Position numbers and translations under genes: made by a program. 64,000 nt of DNA from Trypanosoma brucei (Eukaryota): positions 1,696,001-1,760,000 of the forward strand of contig CH464491.1 in NCBI GenBank assembly GCA_000002445.1, given 5' to 3'. A model generated the notes under the pieces. The model saw nothing but the letters and a program-made list of their open reading frames with translations. It was not told the origin of the DNA and did no database searches. Shown piece after piece: positions 11,540 through 22,101 of the stretch (position 1 is its first letter; each line of letters opens with the position of its first letter).

Positions 11540-11932
11540 CTAGTAAAAGAAGCCGAGTACCTTACCACCAGTGTTACGTGCACGGGCTTCTTCGTGGTCC
11601 ATGATGCCAAGTGATGTCGTGAGCACCACGAAACCAAATTGACGACTCGGGAGGATGTTCTTCACCCATTTCTCGAAGTCACGGGCGGTACAATCGAAGC
11701 GAGGGCAAATGGCACCACACTTGTTTAGACGACCATTGAGGTTCACGACAATCTTCCCCGCACGGTGGTCATCGACAATCTCGAACTCGCCAATGTATCC
11801 GTGTTTTTGCATGACTTGCAAGAACTTCACCACAACCTTCGAGGAGGGTCGGATGAGAACCTGACGCTTGCCGCGGCGCTCTGCGCCCGCAATGCAGCGG
11901 AGCGCATTCGCCAGAACGCTCATCATTGTCAT
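11540..11932 (-). CDS. RPS15A: 40S ribosomal protein S15a (uS8), 130 aa.
   Basis: Full-length similarity to eukaryotic S15a/S22 ([11 protein letters not shown]..., C-terminal GGKVLGFFY). Real ATG at 11932; the true start could be the third codon, also ATG. Confidence 0.9.
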   Translation of the reverse strand: MTMMSVLANALRCIAGAERRGKRQVLIRPSSKVVVKFLQVMQKHGYIGEFEIVDDHRAGKIVVNLNGRLNKCGAICPRFDCTARDFEKWVKNILPSRQFGFVVLTTSLGIMDHEEARARNTGGKVLGFFY

Positions 11933-12495
11933 CCTTGCGCTTCCTTGGCTCCTTTGTTTGTTTTGATTATTGTGATTGTGTTACCATGCGGTGTCATTCA
12001 TGAAAAGGAGGTGAAGCATGAGGGAAAGAGAGAGAGGTGTAGACGAATTGTCCCTGGTAAAAACAAGGAGTAAACGACAGTAACATAATAATTGTAATCA
12101 CTTTTTAAGGTCCAAAAGGGCAAACCTTCGTGTTCGCACGGAATAGAAGACGATATAATGCGTTGAATTACACACTGATACGCGTGCTCAACATATTGAA
12201 GAACGGGATACTTCAGATTCCACGAGCCGAATGGGAAGCTGATGCCCCAACAGCAGTCGCAGAACCCACCAGCTGGCAGAATCACTACTCCAGCAAATGT
12301 ACCCACTCCCTTGTGTGGAGGGAAAGAACCACAGCATCTGAAGGGGGTAAAAGGAGCGACACACACACACACACCTGCACAAGGTAAGCAACCCCTTTGT
12401 CTCCGCTTCCGCTTCCGCTTTCTCTCCTTCATCTTTTCCAATATTACCCCTTACCTTCACTACTGTTCCCGTTACTCACACAGGGCTACTCTGCG

Positions 12496-13752
12496 TTAGT
12501 CTTTCACCTTTCTCCCCCTTGGGTGATTCGTCTCTTCCTCAAATACAACATCATCGTAATTCTCAATCTTATCAAACTTCCTCTTTTGGCGCTCCTCCCG
12601 AAGGGCCTGCCGCTTTGCTTCTCGTCTCTTTCTTTCTTCCTTTGAGGCAAATAACCTTTCCATTAGGGAGGCACCAGGCACATCCACAATGATGTGCGCC
12701 CTCGCCACCGCTGGCGGATCAGGAAGCTTAAAGAAGTCACGGAACGGCTGCCAACGGAGCAGCAGCGGCTGAAGCAAACCAGCTGTCGAAAGGCCAATCC
12801 AATAGGCAAACATAGCAGCAGGCTGCGAAGAGAAGAAATAAACACCAATGACCGAACCTACGCGCATGCCCCAGCGAACGTATAGGCCGGTTGAACTGCG
12901 GCCGCCGCGCTGCATCATTTGGTTCAGTTCGAAATTCATTAAGAACATGCCTGCACATATCATGGGAAGTCCGTACGTGGGGTCAGGCATCGTCAAGTCA
13001 ACAATCCAAAGAAATGGTGCTCTCTCGAGGTCCGTCTCGTACACAGCCAGGCGACGGACAGAGATAAAAGCAGAGAGAGTCACAGGAGCAGTTATCATCG
13101 ACAAAAAGTTCTTCCATTGTGCGCAGTGATGCTTTTTCATCAGAGCGTACTTCATGCGATTGTACCCCTCCTTAATGACACGTTTCTCCGCCGTGCTAAG
13201 TGAGCGGTCGCTCTTGGCGCGGTTCTGGCAAGTAGCGATCTCCGATAGCTGAGGGTTAATGTGACTTAGGCGGAGGGCATTGCGATGACTTAGCAACGAC
13301 GGGACAAGCGTACACAGTCGCATGAAGATACCATAAAAGAAGAATACGTTCCCCCAACCCCCAAAGTCAAAACCGAATACGCCTTCGTTCCGAAGGTGCC
13401 GCATGATCTCCACTTGCTTCTCAACTGGCTGCAGAAATCCCACAATCCAATCCCAAAAGTCCTCTAGCCGCTCAAAGACGCTCTTCTCAGGACGAATGAA
13501 ATCGTCCACCTCCATCGGCTGCTGAGCGAACACTTCTGGTAATTCTTCTTCGATTTCCTGATGAGATTTGCGCCCTATTGTGTCGGTATTCATCCAACTC
13601 GCTGGGTTCCAGCTGAAACAACGAATAGCCCCTGTCATGGGTGAGGCCAAACCGGTTGCTCGTGGAGCCGCTACAGCGCCGGGCCCCAGTCTACAACCTG
13701 ACACGAGACGGCGCGTGAGCACCCCGCGTGAGACAAAGCGGTGGGCCGACAT
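12496..13752 (-). CDS. Oxa1/YidC/Alb3-family membrane insertase-like protein, probably mitochondrial, 418 aa.
   Basis: Carries the conserved YidC/Oxa1 core motif FLWIVDLTMPDPTYGLPMICAGMFLMNFEL followed by hydrophobic segments. The N-terminus is basic (MSAHRFVSRGVLTRRLVSGCRLGPGAV), like a mitochondrial presequence. The C-terminal tail is charged with K/R/E residues, like Oxa1 ribosome-binding tails. Confidence 0.6.
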   Translation of the reverse strand: MSAHRFVSRGVLTRRLVSGCRLGPGAVAAPRATGLASPMTGAIRCFSWNPASWMNTDTIGRKSHQEIEEELPEVFAQQPMEVDDFIRPEKSVFERLEDFWDWIVGFLQPVEKQVEIMRHLRNEGVFGFDFGGWGNVFFFYGIFMRLCTLVPSLLSHRNALRLSHINPQLSEIATCQNRAKSDRSLSTAEKRVIKEGYNRMKYALMKKHHCAQWKNFLSMITAPVTLSAFISVRRLAVYETDLERAPFLWIVDLTMPDPTYGLPMICAGMFLMNFELNQMMQRGGRSSTGLYVRWGMRVGSVIGVYFFSSQPAAMFAYWIGLSTAGLLQPLLLRWQPFRDFFKLPDPPAVARAHIIVDVPGASLMERLFASKEERKRREAKRQALREERQKRKFDKIENYDDVVFEEETNHPRGRKVKD

Positions 13753-14355
13753 GCCTCACTTGCATGAACTAACAAATGAACGAAAAGACTGCAGAAGTAA
13801 ATAAATAATGAAGAATATCGACAAGGTTTGCGTGGAATGATAGTAATAACAATAAAAGCGGCAACAATAACAATGAATATGTGTCCACTGTTAAGGACGG
13901 AACCGCCCCCTCACTAGCTGTATACAGACTTAAACGAAGAGAGAAACACAAAGAACAAGTCTGACAAATTTGAAAGGGGGATAAGTGGGCGAAAAAAAAA
14001 AGCCGAGCTTTCCAAACTGTCACCTCCATAAAAATCATCCTTTCCCGTACCCCAGACATTAAAGTACCTGTTTGGTTTAGCCTCTCTCGTAACAACTTTC
14101 TTAACGAAACAAATGGAAAATGGAGAAAACAAAAAAATTAAAATTATATATTAGGTCGCCTTGAAGCAAGCATTTATGCCGAATTCAAGGTGAATAGTGG
14201 GAAAAGAAGAACACGTCGAGGAGGGGAAAATCCCGACAACTATCGCCACCTTCCAGCTATTTTTTGTTCTCCCATCACTGTACACACGAGTATGTTTTTA
14301 CCACGGGTGTGCAAACATTGAGCATCCTCCAACTAAAATGAAGTTCAGCGGACTT

Positions 14356-16452
14356 TTAAGCTTTACCTGCGTTCGCCAGCGACTCCCTAGTAGATTCATA
14401 GAGCTTCATGACAAGACCAATAGCAATGGTCTTACCGTCTTCACGCAACATGAAACGACCCATTTTGTCAAAATCCTTGTGGGGCTCGAGCACGAGCGCG
14501 CGCTCCAACTCCATTCGAGCGATCACAACATCTCCAGCCTTCACGTGTGTGGGGTCCTTCTGCACAACCTCACCCGTTTTTTTATCCACTTTAGCCAGAA
14601 GTTTGTGGAAAGAAACCTCCTCCTGTGCCGCGTGAGCGTGCAACATGACACGCGATCCAGCACATATAATATTTTTCACGTCCAGTATCACCACACGGGC
14701 CTGGAAGTACTCAACAGCGCGAAGTGACGTCGGAACCGATGTACCCACGTAGCCAGCGTGAACGTCGCCTTCATCCACGCCGCGAACGCGAAGGTGGACG
14801 TTGTCTCCGGGATAACATTTCTCAAACTCTGTCGCCTCAATTGAAATGCCTTCAACAACCGCCTCCTGTTTGCTTGGAAGTATCTGAATCTTTTCCCCAA
14901 CAGCCACGGAGCCAGACTCTACCTTGCCATACACAAAAACGCGACCCTCATCCTTGTATGACCCAACAAGTGGAATACAAAGGACATCGTTTTCGCTTTT
15001 CGTCTCTGGTAAAACAAGCTCGTCGATGAAGCTCATCATTGTTGGTCCTTTGTACCACGGACAGACGCCTTCTGCTGTTTCGCGGATGAGATTGTCACCC
15101 GTAAGGCCAGCAATCGGAATAAATATGAGGTTTTTGGCCTTCTCTTCATCATAACCGTTCTGACGAAGGAAGGGTTTTAGCTTCCCCAGTATGGCATCGT
15201 AACGCTCCTTGCTCCAGTTGACCTCGTCCATTTTGTTGATAACACAGATCATTTGCTTCACGCCACACGTACGGACAAGCATAGCATGTTCGCGGGTCTG
15301 GCCACCTTTCTCAAAACCTGTCTCGAACTCACCAGTACGACTGGAGATGACCAGCACACACACATCTGCCTGGGTTGCACCTCCAATCATTGACGGTACA
15401 AACGCTTTGTGGCCGGGGGCATCGAGAACCGTTATCCGGCGCTTCTCTGTTTCAACATACGCAGCTCCGGTTTCACGCGTGATTCCTTTCGTTCGCTCAT
15501 CTTCCGAAACGTCCATCACATACGCGTACTCCCAACCTTCACGGTGGTGCACCTCCGCCTCACGCCGCAGTTTCTCCATTTCACGCTGGTCCACCAGCCC
15601 CTTCTCCATCAAAAGATGTCCAGAGATGGTCGATTTACCCGCGTCCACGTGACCACAGAAAACAATGTTGAAGTGTGGACGAGGGTCCCTAACAAATTCC
15701 TTTTTATTTTGCTCACGTTGCTTGGCAATCTCGCAACGCACTTGCTCACGAAGTTCCTCCGGGGTCAGCTTCGCAGAACCCTTCTTGTCGTCAGCCGTTG
15801 TCGTGGTTGTGTTTCCGGCGTTATCCTTCGGTTGGCTATCGCTCTTTGCGTTGCCCTCTTTGGGTTTGGTTTCTTCTACCTTCTTCTTACTGAGAGAAAG
15901 AGTACCTGCCTTTGCCTTCTTGGCCGGTGGAACAAACTCGGAGGCACCGCCACCCAGAGACAGCTTTGATGTCTGGGCGGAAGAGGTCTTCGGTTGCTCT
16001 TCCGGCTCGACCTGTTGAGGGGGATTAACATAACCTTGAGTGGGAGCGCCTCCCTGCCCAGTACCTTGGCCTGCGCGGTCGTATTGTTGTGATTGGAACC
16101 GCTGTTGATTATGCACTGCGTTGTAACCGCCTCGTTGCTGGTTGTATACCGGAGTATAACCGCCCTGTTGACCGCCATAACCTTGATTATACCCTCCCAT
16201 CTGATGATTGTAACCAGGGACGTATCCGCCCTGTTGTTGGTATGAAGGATTGTAGCCACCTTGTTGACTGACAAAAGCCGGGTTGTACACCGCTTGCTGC
16301 TGTTGTTGATAAGGCGACTGGTAGTAGTAACCCTGCTGTGGCGCACCACCGGCGTGTCCCTGGTGCTGCTGTGGGTATTGACCCTGTGGGTGTGACGGTG
16401 TGAAGGCGTTCGCGTTGGGGTTAAACCCCCCTGGTTGTGCCCAACCTGACAT
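14356..16452 (-). CDS. ERF3: Eukaryotic peptide-chain release factor 3 (eRF3/Sup35-like translational GTPase), 698 aa, with an N-terminal Q/N/Y/G-rich low-complexity domain.
   Basis: C-terminal EF1A-like GTPase with G1 FCGHVDAGKST, G3 DAPGH and G4 NKMD. The N-terminal roughly 165 residues are prion-like GGY/QQ repeats. The overall architecture matches eRF3 rather than EF1A or Hbs1. Confidence 0.85.
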   Translation of the reverse strand: MSGWAQPGGFNPNANAFTPSHPQGQYPQQHQGHAGGAPQQGYYYQSPYQQQQQAVYNPAFVSQQGGYNPSYQQQGGYVPGYNHQMGGYNQGYGGQQGGYTPVYNQQRGGYNAVHNQQRFQSQQYDRAGQGTGQGGAPTQGYVNPPQQVEPEEQPKTSSAQTSKLSLGGGASEFVPPAKKAKAGTLSLSKKKVEETKPKEGNAKSDSQPKDNAGNTTTTTADDKKGSAKLTPEELREQVRCEIAKQREQNKKEFVRDPRPHFNIVFCGHVDAGKSTISGHLLMEKGLVDQREMEKLRREAEVHHREGWEYAYVMDVSEDERTKGITRETGAAYVETEKRRITVLDAPGHKAFVPSMIGGATQADVCVLVISSRTGEFETGFEKGGQTREHAMLVRTCGVKQMICVINKMDEVNWSKERYDAILGKLKPFLRQNGYDEEKAKNLIFIPIAGLTGDNLIRETAEGVCPWYKGPTMMSFIDELVLPETKSENDVLCIPLVGSYKDEGRVFVYGKVESGSVAVGEKIQILPSKQEAVVEGISIEATEFEKCYPGDNVHLRVRGVDEGDVHAGYVGTSVPTSLRAVEYFQARVVILDVKNIICAGSRVMLHAHAAQEEVSFHKLLAKVDKKTGEVVQKDPTHVKAGDVVIARMELERALVLEPHKDFDKMGRFMLREDGKTIAIGLVMKLYESTRESLANAGKA

Positions 16453-17379
16453 CTCCTTTTAAACTTGCGCTCGAAAAATAAGACTTTCTACAAAAAAAAA
16501 ATGAAATAAAGTTGAACTGACCGTTGGGCACTTCAGTATCTAAAATTTTGTTTGAGGTACGTAAGTAGTCAACGCCATATTACCACACCCACGGAACCTA
16601 ACCAAGCGTGTTTTATAGTGCAGTTAAGGGCATTTCCCACCATCGCTCAGTCTCCCCCAGAACCGGCTTTTTCGCCCTAAATCACACCAATCAAAAAATG
16701 AAGGGGCGTAAGAGGGAAGAGCTACAAAAATTTAACCCAACGGGAAGCACACACACTTTCATACACGGAAGCTGGTAAGAAAAGCGGCGATAATTATTTG
16801 GAAAGAAAACAGAACGTAAAGTGGCAAAGAGCAGAGCATGCTTCAAACGTATACTCATTGGGGTCATTTATGCGAGGGTGGTGAGCGCACCCCTTTCAGG
16901 CCCGTTTTCATTCACAGTAGTGTGTTCTTCAGCACAAACAACAATGCCAAGAGGTTGAAAACGGACGAGGCATGCGTGAAAATTCAAGTATTTAATATGT
17001 CATCATTCTCCCATCGAATGCGCATATATATATATATACGTCTCACAGTAACCTGGTTCAAATACAACGGTGAGTACAAAACAAAAACTGGGGAAGCTCT
17101 TCAGTGTCTAACCACAGTTATTAGATGTCGTTCGTAACAACGGTACACGTCCCTCTTCTCATCCTCCTTAAACCATATTAGCACGTGAGTGGAAAGTAAC
17201 ACCTCAAGAGAAGTGGTGGTCGATGGAGAGCCGGATTTGTGGTTCGTCCTTCAAGTACAGACACGTCCGTACAAATATATGCAACCCGGCGACAAACAAA
17301 CACCGCACAGGTGCAAAGGCACACAAACATGTTTTCCTTTGAGTGCCATGTGTGCCTGCTCGTGAGCGAGCCACGCCTT

Positions 17380-20300
17380 CTACTGCAGAAACTTGAGGTT
17401 ATTAATATGTTGAATTGCCGAAAAGTGCTTAGTGGCGAGCTCTTTCCACATTTCCCTTGAGCGTTGTGATCCTAAACAATTGATATACTCCGATAGAAGA
17501 CCAACCACATCTGGGGGTAAAGAACCTGTCTGCAAGGCTTGGAATAGCTCCATAGCTGCCTTTGCTATGGCTGAACGGCGTTGGGCGTTTGCTACCTGCT
17601 GAATGGTCGTGCGCAACTTCTGCGCTAAGTCCCGATGTTCTGGGTTCAGCGACGAAATTTCAAACGACGACAAACCAAAATCATCCGCCGGTCGACCACC
17701 TGCGGCTGCAAACCGAGGTGGGGCGCCAGGGTTCGCGACCGGAGCGTACGCCACGCCGCCTACCCGTGGAGCTGTCACCACAGGGGGTGCGGTACCAACT
17801 GCAGTGGAAGGAATCCCGGGGGGAGGAGGAGCAACAGAACTGGGCGCTGTCATCGATGCTGCCTGAGGGGGTTGGTTTGTCACACTCTGGGGGTTCATGT
17901 TCCAGTTGGCATTTGAGCCGTCACTGGGCATACGTGGTGGTGGAAGCCCACCCGAGGTCATCGACGGTGGTGCCGACCCTGGTGGTGCCACCATCATATT
18001 CCCAACCCGCGGAGCTGACGGCTCCGGCGACGGGGAACTTTTACCCGTCCGATGCAAACTTCCTGTTGGAGGTGCACCAAAAGTCGATGTCGGGTTGGTG
18101 TCTAATCCTGATGGCGCCCTAGGAGGTAGAGGCATTCCACGTGGACCTGACGGTGGCTGCGCAGGAGTAGGAAATTGCTGAGGTGGTGCTAAAGGAGTTC
18201 CGATGACCTGCTGCGACGGCAGTGATGGAACGACCGTCGGTTGTGCTGGCGCGTGGAGCCCTTGTACAGATGTTACTGACGACCCACATGACGGCGGGGG
18301 TATCATTGGCATAGAACGTTGGGGATCCATATGGTTCGGCGGGCGTGGGGGGGCGGAAGTGGGAACCGGACCTTGCAATTCCTGACTCGGCAGATTTTGA
18401 GGAGGAGCACCACAGTAACCGCTCATCGTCGCAGTGGCAGGGGGGTGGTTTGTTACCACACCTCCTCCAACAGACCCCAAAGAAGACCAGGAAGAAATGG
18501 GATGAGGCATCAGTCTGGGTACCGGTGCAGCGGAGTTCGCCGTTACCGCCGGTCCCGGTTGTTGGGCGATGATCCCTGGTGCCGGCGCCTGTTGCTGCTG
18601 CCCACCGTACATATTGGGTTGCACAGCTGATGGAGGTTGTTGCTGCTGCCCACCGTACATATTGGGTTGCACAGCTGATGGAGGTTGTTGCTGCTGCTGT
18701 TGTTGTGTCGGTGGCGGCATCGTGGCTCCCATACGTTGCTGCTGGTACTGGGGTTGCACAACTGATGGAGGTTGTTGCTGCTGCCCACCGTACATATTGG
18801 GTTGCACAGCTGATGGAGGCTGTTGCTGCTGCTGTTGTTGTGTCGGTGGCGGCATCGTGGCTCCCATACGTTGCTGCTGGTACTGGGGTTGCACAGCTGA
18901 TGGAGGTTGTTGCTGCTGCTGTTGTTGCTGCCCGTTACCCTTGTTAGCCAAAAACTCCAAGCACGACTGACTTAGTGAATCCGAAAGAGGAGTCGCAACA
19001 AACGGGAAGGTGATCTGTCCACACGGAACTTCGAACCTCATCCGGTCTACCATAATTGCGGCGTTGCGATTGCCGACGTTAGCGGACCGCTGAAAAATTG
19101 GCATCGCCTTCGTAAGCAACCCCTTCCCCAACAACCCCAGCCCATATTCATACAAGTAATCCCCAAAGAACGTTGATGTAACCTTCCGCCCCGTCACTTC
19201 CTCAAGAAGAAGTACCTCCTGCACCAGCTTCTCTACAGGCATATTTTCCTCGTGCCACAGTTCCGCAACTGCATCCACATTTCCACTGCAAATAAAACAG
19301 GTCATAGCACTCTCCCTGTTACCCGCTTCCTTGAGGGCAAGTGCCAACTTGTCGCAAGCCTCCGAAAATCTTTCCCCTACAAATGATATTATAACGGAAA
19401 GAGCCTCCTTCCACAACGCGTTCCCACCGACCATCAACGAGCGAAAATCTCCTGCGGCGACTGCAGACGCATACACGATATGCCGTTTCCCCTGAGAATT
19501 CATTAAAATATGCCTGGTATATTCCTGCTGCACTCGCTGCATCAGCTTCCCTCCTTGCAAATAGGCAATAGCAAAGGCATCACCAAACTCGCATTCGTCC
19601 AAACATGCCTCAACCGCCTCATTGATGCGGCCTGCTGCTACATGTGAAGCAGCAATATCTTCTAATGATTTTTGTGTGCCCTGCATCGTCTCAAATGGGT
19701 CCTCCGTGTCCTCAGTTGGTGCGTCCTCGGCGAGGTAGGAAAGGATGGGGGTACGATCGTTTTTGCACGCTGCTGCAGCGGCCAAAAGTGGATATTGGTG
19801 CGCCTTTAGCCACTCTACACGCTCCACAGAGGCGGGTGGTAGTCGAGAAATCTCAGCGACAGGATCCCCACCGCTCATCCCTGACGGATCGGATGCGTTG
19901 TTTGTGACGATACGTGTAAGTCTGACAGCGTTTGCGGAGTGAGAAGACACCGACGCTACGAGCCCACTTATGCCAATAGAAGCCCCACATGGGCGCTGCA
20001 AAGACTTTTGTACCGATGCACCAGGGGCAGGGGCAGAAGACACATCCTCAGCCGTTGATACACAAAACAACGGCTCAAAGGATGACGTCGCCAGGACCAC
20101 CGGAAGTGCTCGAGACCACTTCATGTCAACCATATAGCCGTTTTGCTGTTGCAGTGCGCCATTCCGCTCTCCAGTCGAGGGGTCCCACCATAGTGTCTTC
20201 CCGTCCGCATCACATGACGCGAGAATCGCGTGGTCTGTCATATTCCACGCAAGTCCAGTTACAGCATTCTCGTGACCCAGCATCTCGCGAAGAGGCATCA

Positions 20301-21075
20301 TTGCTTTTTTTAAATCCCAAATTTGTATGGCAGGATGTTTTTCGTCGAGTCCGACAGCAATTTGAGTCGCCATAGATGGATGCCAAGCAATAATGTTTCC
20401 AGATGATCCCGATTTCCCACTCTTGGATACATGCAGCGACACTGCTAGGGTCTGTGTCTTCAGGTTCCACACATTGACAACGCCGTTAGCAACGGAAGTG
20501 GCTAAAATGTGAGGCCACTTCGGGTTCCACTGAAGGTGTGTAATGCCAGCCGGTTGAGCAGAGTCAGGCATAATAGGAACACGCTGCGGCTCTCGTGGGT
20601 TTTCCAACATCCATACATCCCATGCCCCGTCGTCGCCACCGATAGCAAGAAATGTGGGTTGGGACGGGTTGAATTGGCAACCACGGACGGCGCCGCGGTG
20701 CTCAGCAATAACAGAAAGTCGTGGTTCTTCCGTGTTACGGTCAGGATTGATTCCATAGTTTTTCATCATGATAGACGCATCGTACACGTACACGGCTCCA
20801 TCTTCACAAGAAACAGCAATGATGCCTCGTTCCCCGCCGTGTGGACTCCAGTCAACACGGAGAGCGTGTGCCGGAATCACCGTACGACCCAAAACGGGCA
20901 TCTCTGTCTCATCCGTCTGCGTGACATCAACCAACCGTATCTCGAGAAAGGCCTCACCAGAAAAGTTGTCATCAATTGCTCCGGCAACGGACGCCGCGGC
21001 GAGAAACGTTGGTGTTCCCAGAACCTCCGGTGCCCACGCAAAAACGCAGGTCAGGGGTGTGGCCTTTAAGCGCAT
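17380..21075 (-). CDS. SEC31: SEC31-like COPII outer-coat protein, 1231 aa: N-terminal WD40 beta-propeller, central P/Q-rich repeat region, C-terminal alpha-helical region.
   Basis: The N-terminal roughly 330 aa contain WD40 signatures (for example VNVWNLK and IQIWDLK). The long proline/glutamine-rich linker with near-perfect internal repeats and the conserved C-terminal helical region are typical of Sec31. Real ATG at 21075. Confidence 0.7.
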   Translation of the reverse strand: MRLKATPLTCVFAWAPEVLGTPTFLAAASVAGAIDDNFSGEAFLEIRLVDVTQTDETEMPVLGRTVIPAHALRVDWSPHGGERGIIAVSCEDGAVYVYDASIMMKNYGINPDRNTEEPRLSVIAEHRGAVRGCQFNPSQPTFLAIGGDDGAWDVWMLENPREPQRVPIMPDSAQPAGITHLQWNPKWPHILATSVANGVVNVWNLKTQTLAVSLHVSKSGKSGSSGNIIAWHPSMATQIAVGLDEKHPAIQIWDLKKAMMPLREMLGHENAVTGLAWNMTDHAILASCDADGKTLWWDPSTGERNGALQQQNGYMVDMKWSRALPVVLATSSFEPLFCVSTAEDVSSAPAPGASVQKSLQRPCGASIGISGLVASVSSHSANAVRLTRIVTNNASDPSGMSGGDPVAEISRLPPASVERVEWLKAHQYPLLAAAAACKNDRTPILSYLAEDAPTEDTEDPFETMQGTQKSLEDIAASHVAAGRINEAVEACLDECEFGDAFAIAYLQGGKLMQRVQQEYTRHILMNSQGKRHIVYASAVAAGDFRSLMVGGNALWKEALSVIISFVGERFSEACDKLALALKEAGNRESAMTCFICSGNVDAVAELWHEENMPVEKLVQEVLLLEEVTGRKVTSTFFGDYLYEYGLGLLGKGLLTKAMPIFQRSANVGNRNAAIMVDRMRFEVPCGQITFPFVATPLSDSLSQSCLEFLANKGNGQQQQQQQQPPSAVQPQYQQQRMGATMPPPTQQQQQQQPPSAVQPNMYGGQQQQPPSVVQPQYQQQRMGATMPPPTQQQQQQQPPSAVQPNMYGGQQQQPPSAVQPNMYGGQQQQAPAPGIIAQQPGPAVTANSAAPVPRLMPHPISSWSSLGSVGGGVVTNHPPATATMSGYCGAPPQNLPSQELQGPVPTSAPPRPPNHMDPQRSMPMIPPPSCGSSVTSVQGLHAPAQPTVVPSLPSQQVIGTPLAPPQQFPTPAQPPSGPRGMPLPPRAPSGLDTNPTSTFGAPPTGSLHRTGKSSPSPEPSAPRVGNMMVAPPGSAPPSMTSGGLPPPRMPSDGSNANWNMNPQSVTNQPPQAASMTAPSSVAPPPPGIPSTAVGTAPPVVTAPRVGGVAYAPVANPGAPPRFAAAGGRPADDFGLSSFEISSLNPEHRDLAQKLRTTIQQVANAQRRSAIAKAAMELFQALQTGSLPPDVVGLLSEYINCLGSQRSREMWKELATKHFSAIQHINNLKFLQ
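18590..18940. repeat. In-frame tandem DNA repeats inside the SEC31 coding sequence. Sub-units of about 42 bp and about 95 bp encode QQQQQQPPSAVQPNMYGG / QQRMGATMPPPTQQ peptide repeats.
   Basis: The 42-mer ctgcccaccgtacatattgggttgcacagctgatggaggttg appears at about 18600, 18641 and 18782. The longer unit tgttgtgtcggtggcggcatcgtggctcccatacgttgctgctggtactggggttgcaca appears at about 18700 and 18833. Confidence 0.85.
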
Positions 21076-22101
21076 CGCTCCACGTCAGTAGTCAGCACCC
21101 TTAACCTTATGTCAATTCTCTTAACACTCTCACAGTCTTACTCTTTCTTTATTACGTGCTGGTTTACTTGACTCTATTTGTCGAAAACTGTCTCAGGCAC
21201 GTCCTTCCTTTTTGTCCTTCAAGTGCGCTCTTCTTTTCGTCCTCTGCTCTGTTAGTTCAGTTTGGTATTATGAAATGCTATCAAGTGCGCCGCGCGTCTC
21301 CCTATAGTATTGCTTTAAATACAACCACCTACTGGCACATTAAAGAAAAATTCAACGGGGGAAAATGTCAACGACAGGAACAAAAAATAGAAATGTGGGG
21401 CGACTAGCGAAAAGAAGGTAAACAAGAGGTCAATTGGGGAAATTTTACACGGAGCAAGGACGCCTAGGACAAAACAGAGAACCAGGACGCAACCATAACG
21501 GACGTCGCAATGTGTACAGACCAAAAGGAGTAGAAAATTTGCACTGATTCTTCACTGCTACAACACTCACTCTCACGCCTGTCCCGGACAAAGCGTCCGT
21601 ACAAACAAGTAACAAACGTCGGCCTTCAGTGCATCAATTTAGAATGATGATTATGCCTGAGTGCACGGTAACTGAAGCCGCCGCATGACACCAGCTTCTA
21701 GAAGAGGCTAAGTAGCGATCCGTCGGCAGTAGGCAAAGTGGCGTCTGCTTGGCTTCCCTAAACCGTGGCACAAACCGTCCCAACACGCCGTCCCCCATGC
21801 CCCTTACAGTGCAGGAAACGTTGTGAGCCGCTCTAACAAAAAAGCCGTGTTCTGAATCGCAAGAGCTCACGAGGCAACACAAGCACTCCCACATGGCAAC
21901 TAGATGGCAACATCAGGTACACAAAGAGTAATCAGTCCTCCCTCCCATAATGACTGCAGCCTCGTAAACCGCTCAAAGGCTGTATATACTGGCTAACGAG
22001 CTATTCAAGCCCTACCAAAAGAACAAGAACAAAGATATAAAAGGAAACATGACAAGCAACGTATCTTGATGGTTAGCAATAGAATACACACTTGCACAGC
22101 A

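Noticed and set aside
17562-18970. Several plus-strand ORFs (60-186 aa), including Cys/Gly-rich ones over the SEC31 repeats.
   Set aside because: They are antisense shadows of the GC-rich, repeat-containing SEC31 coding region on the minus strand. The repeat structure simply mirrors the sense-strand repeats.
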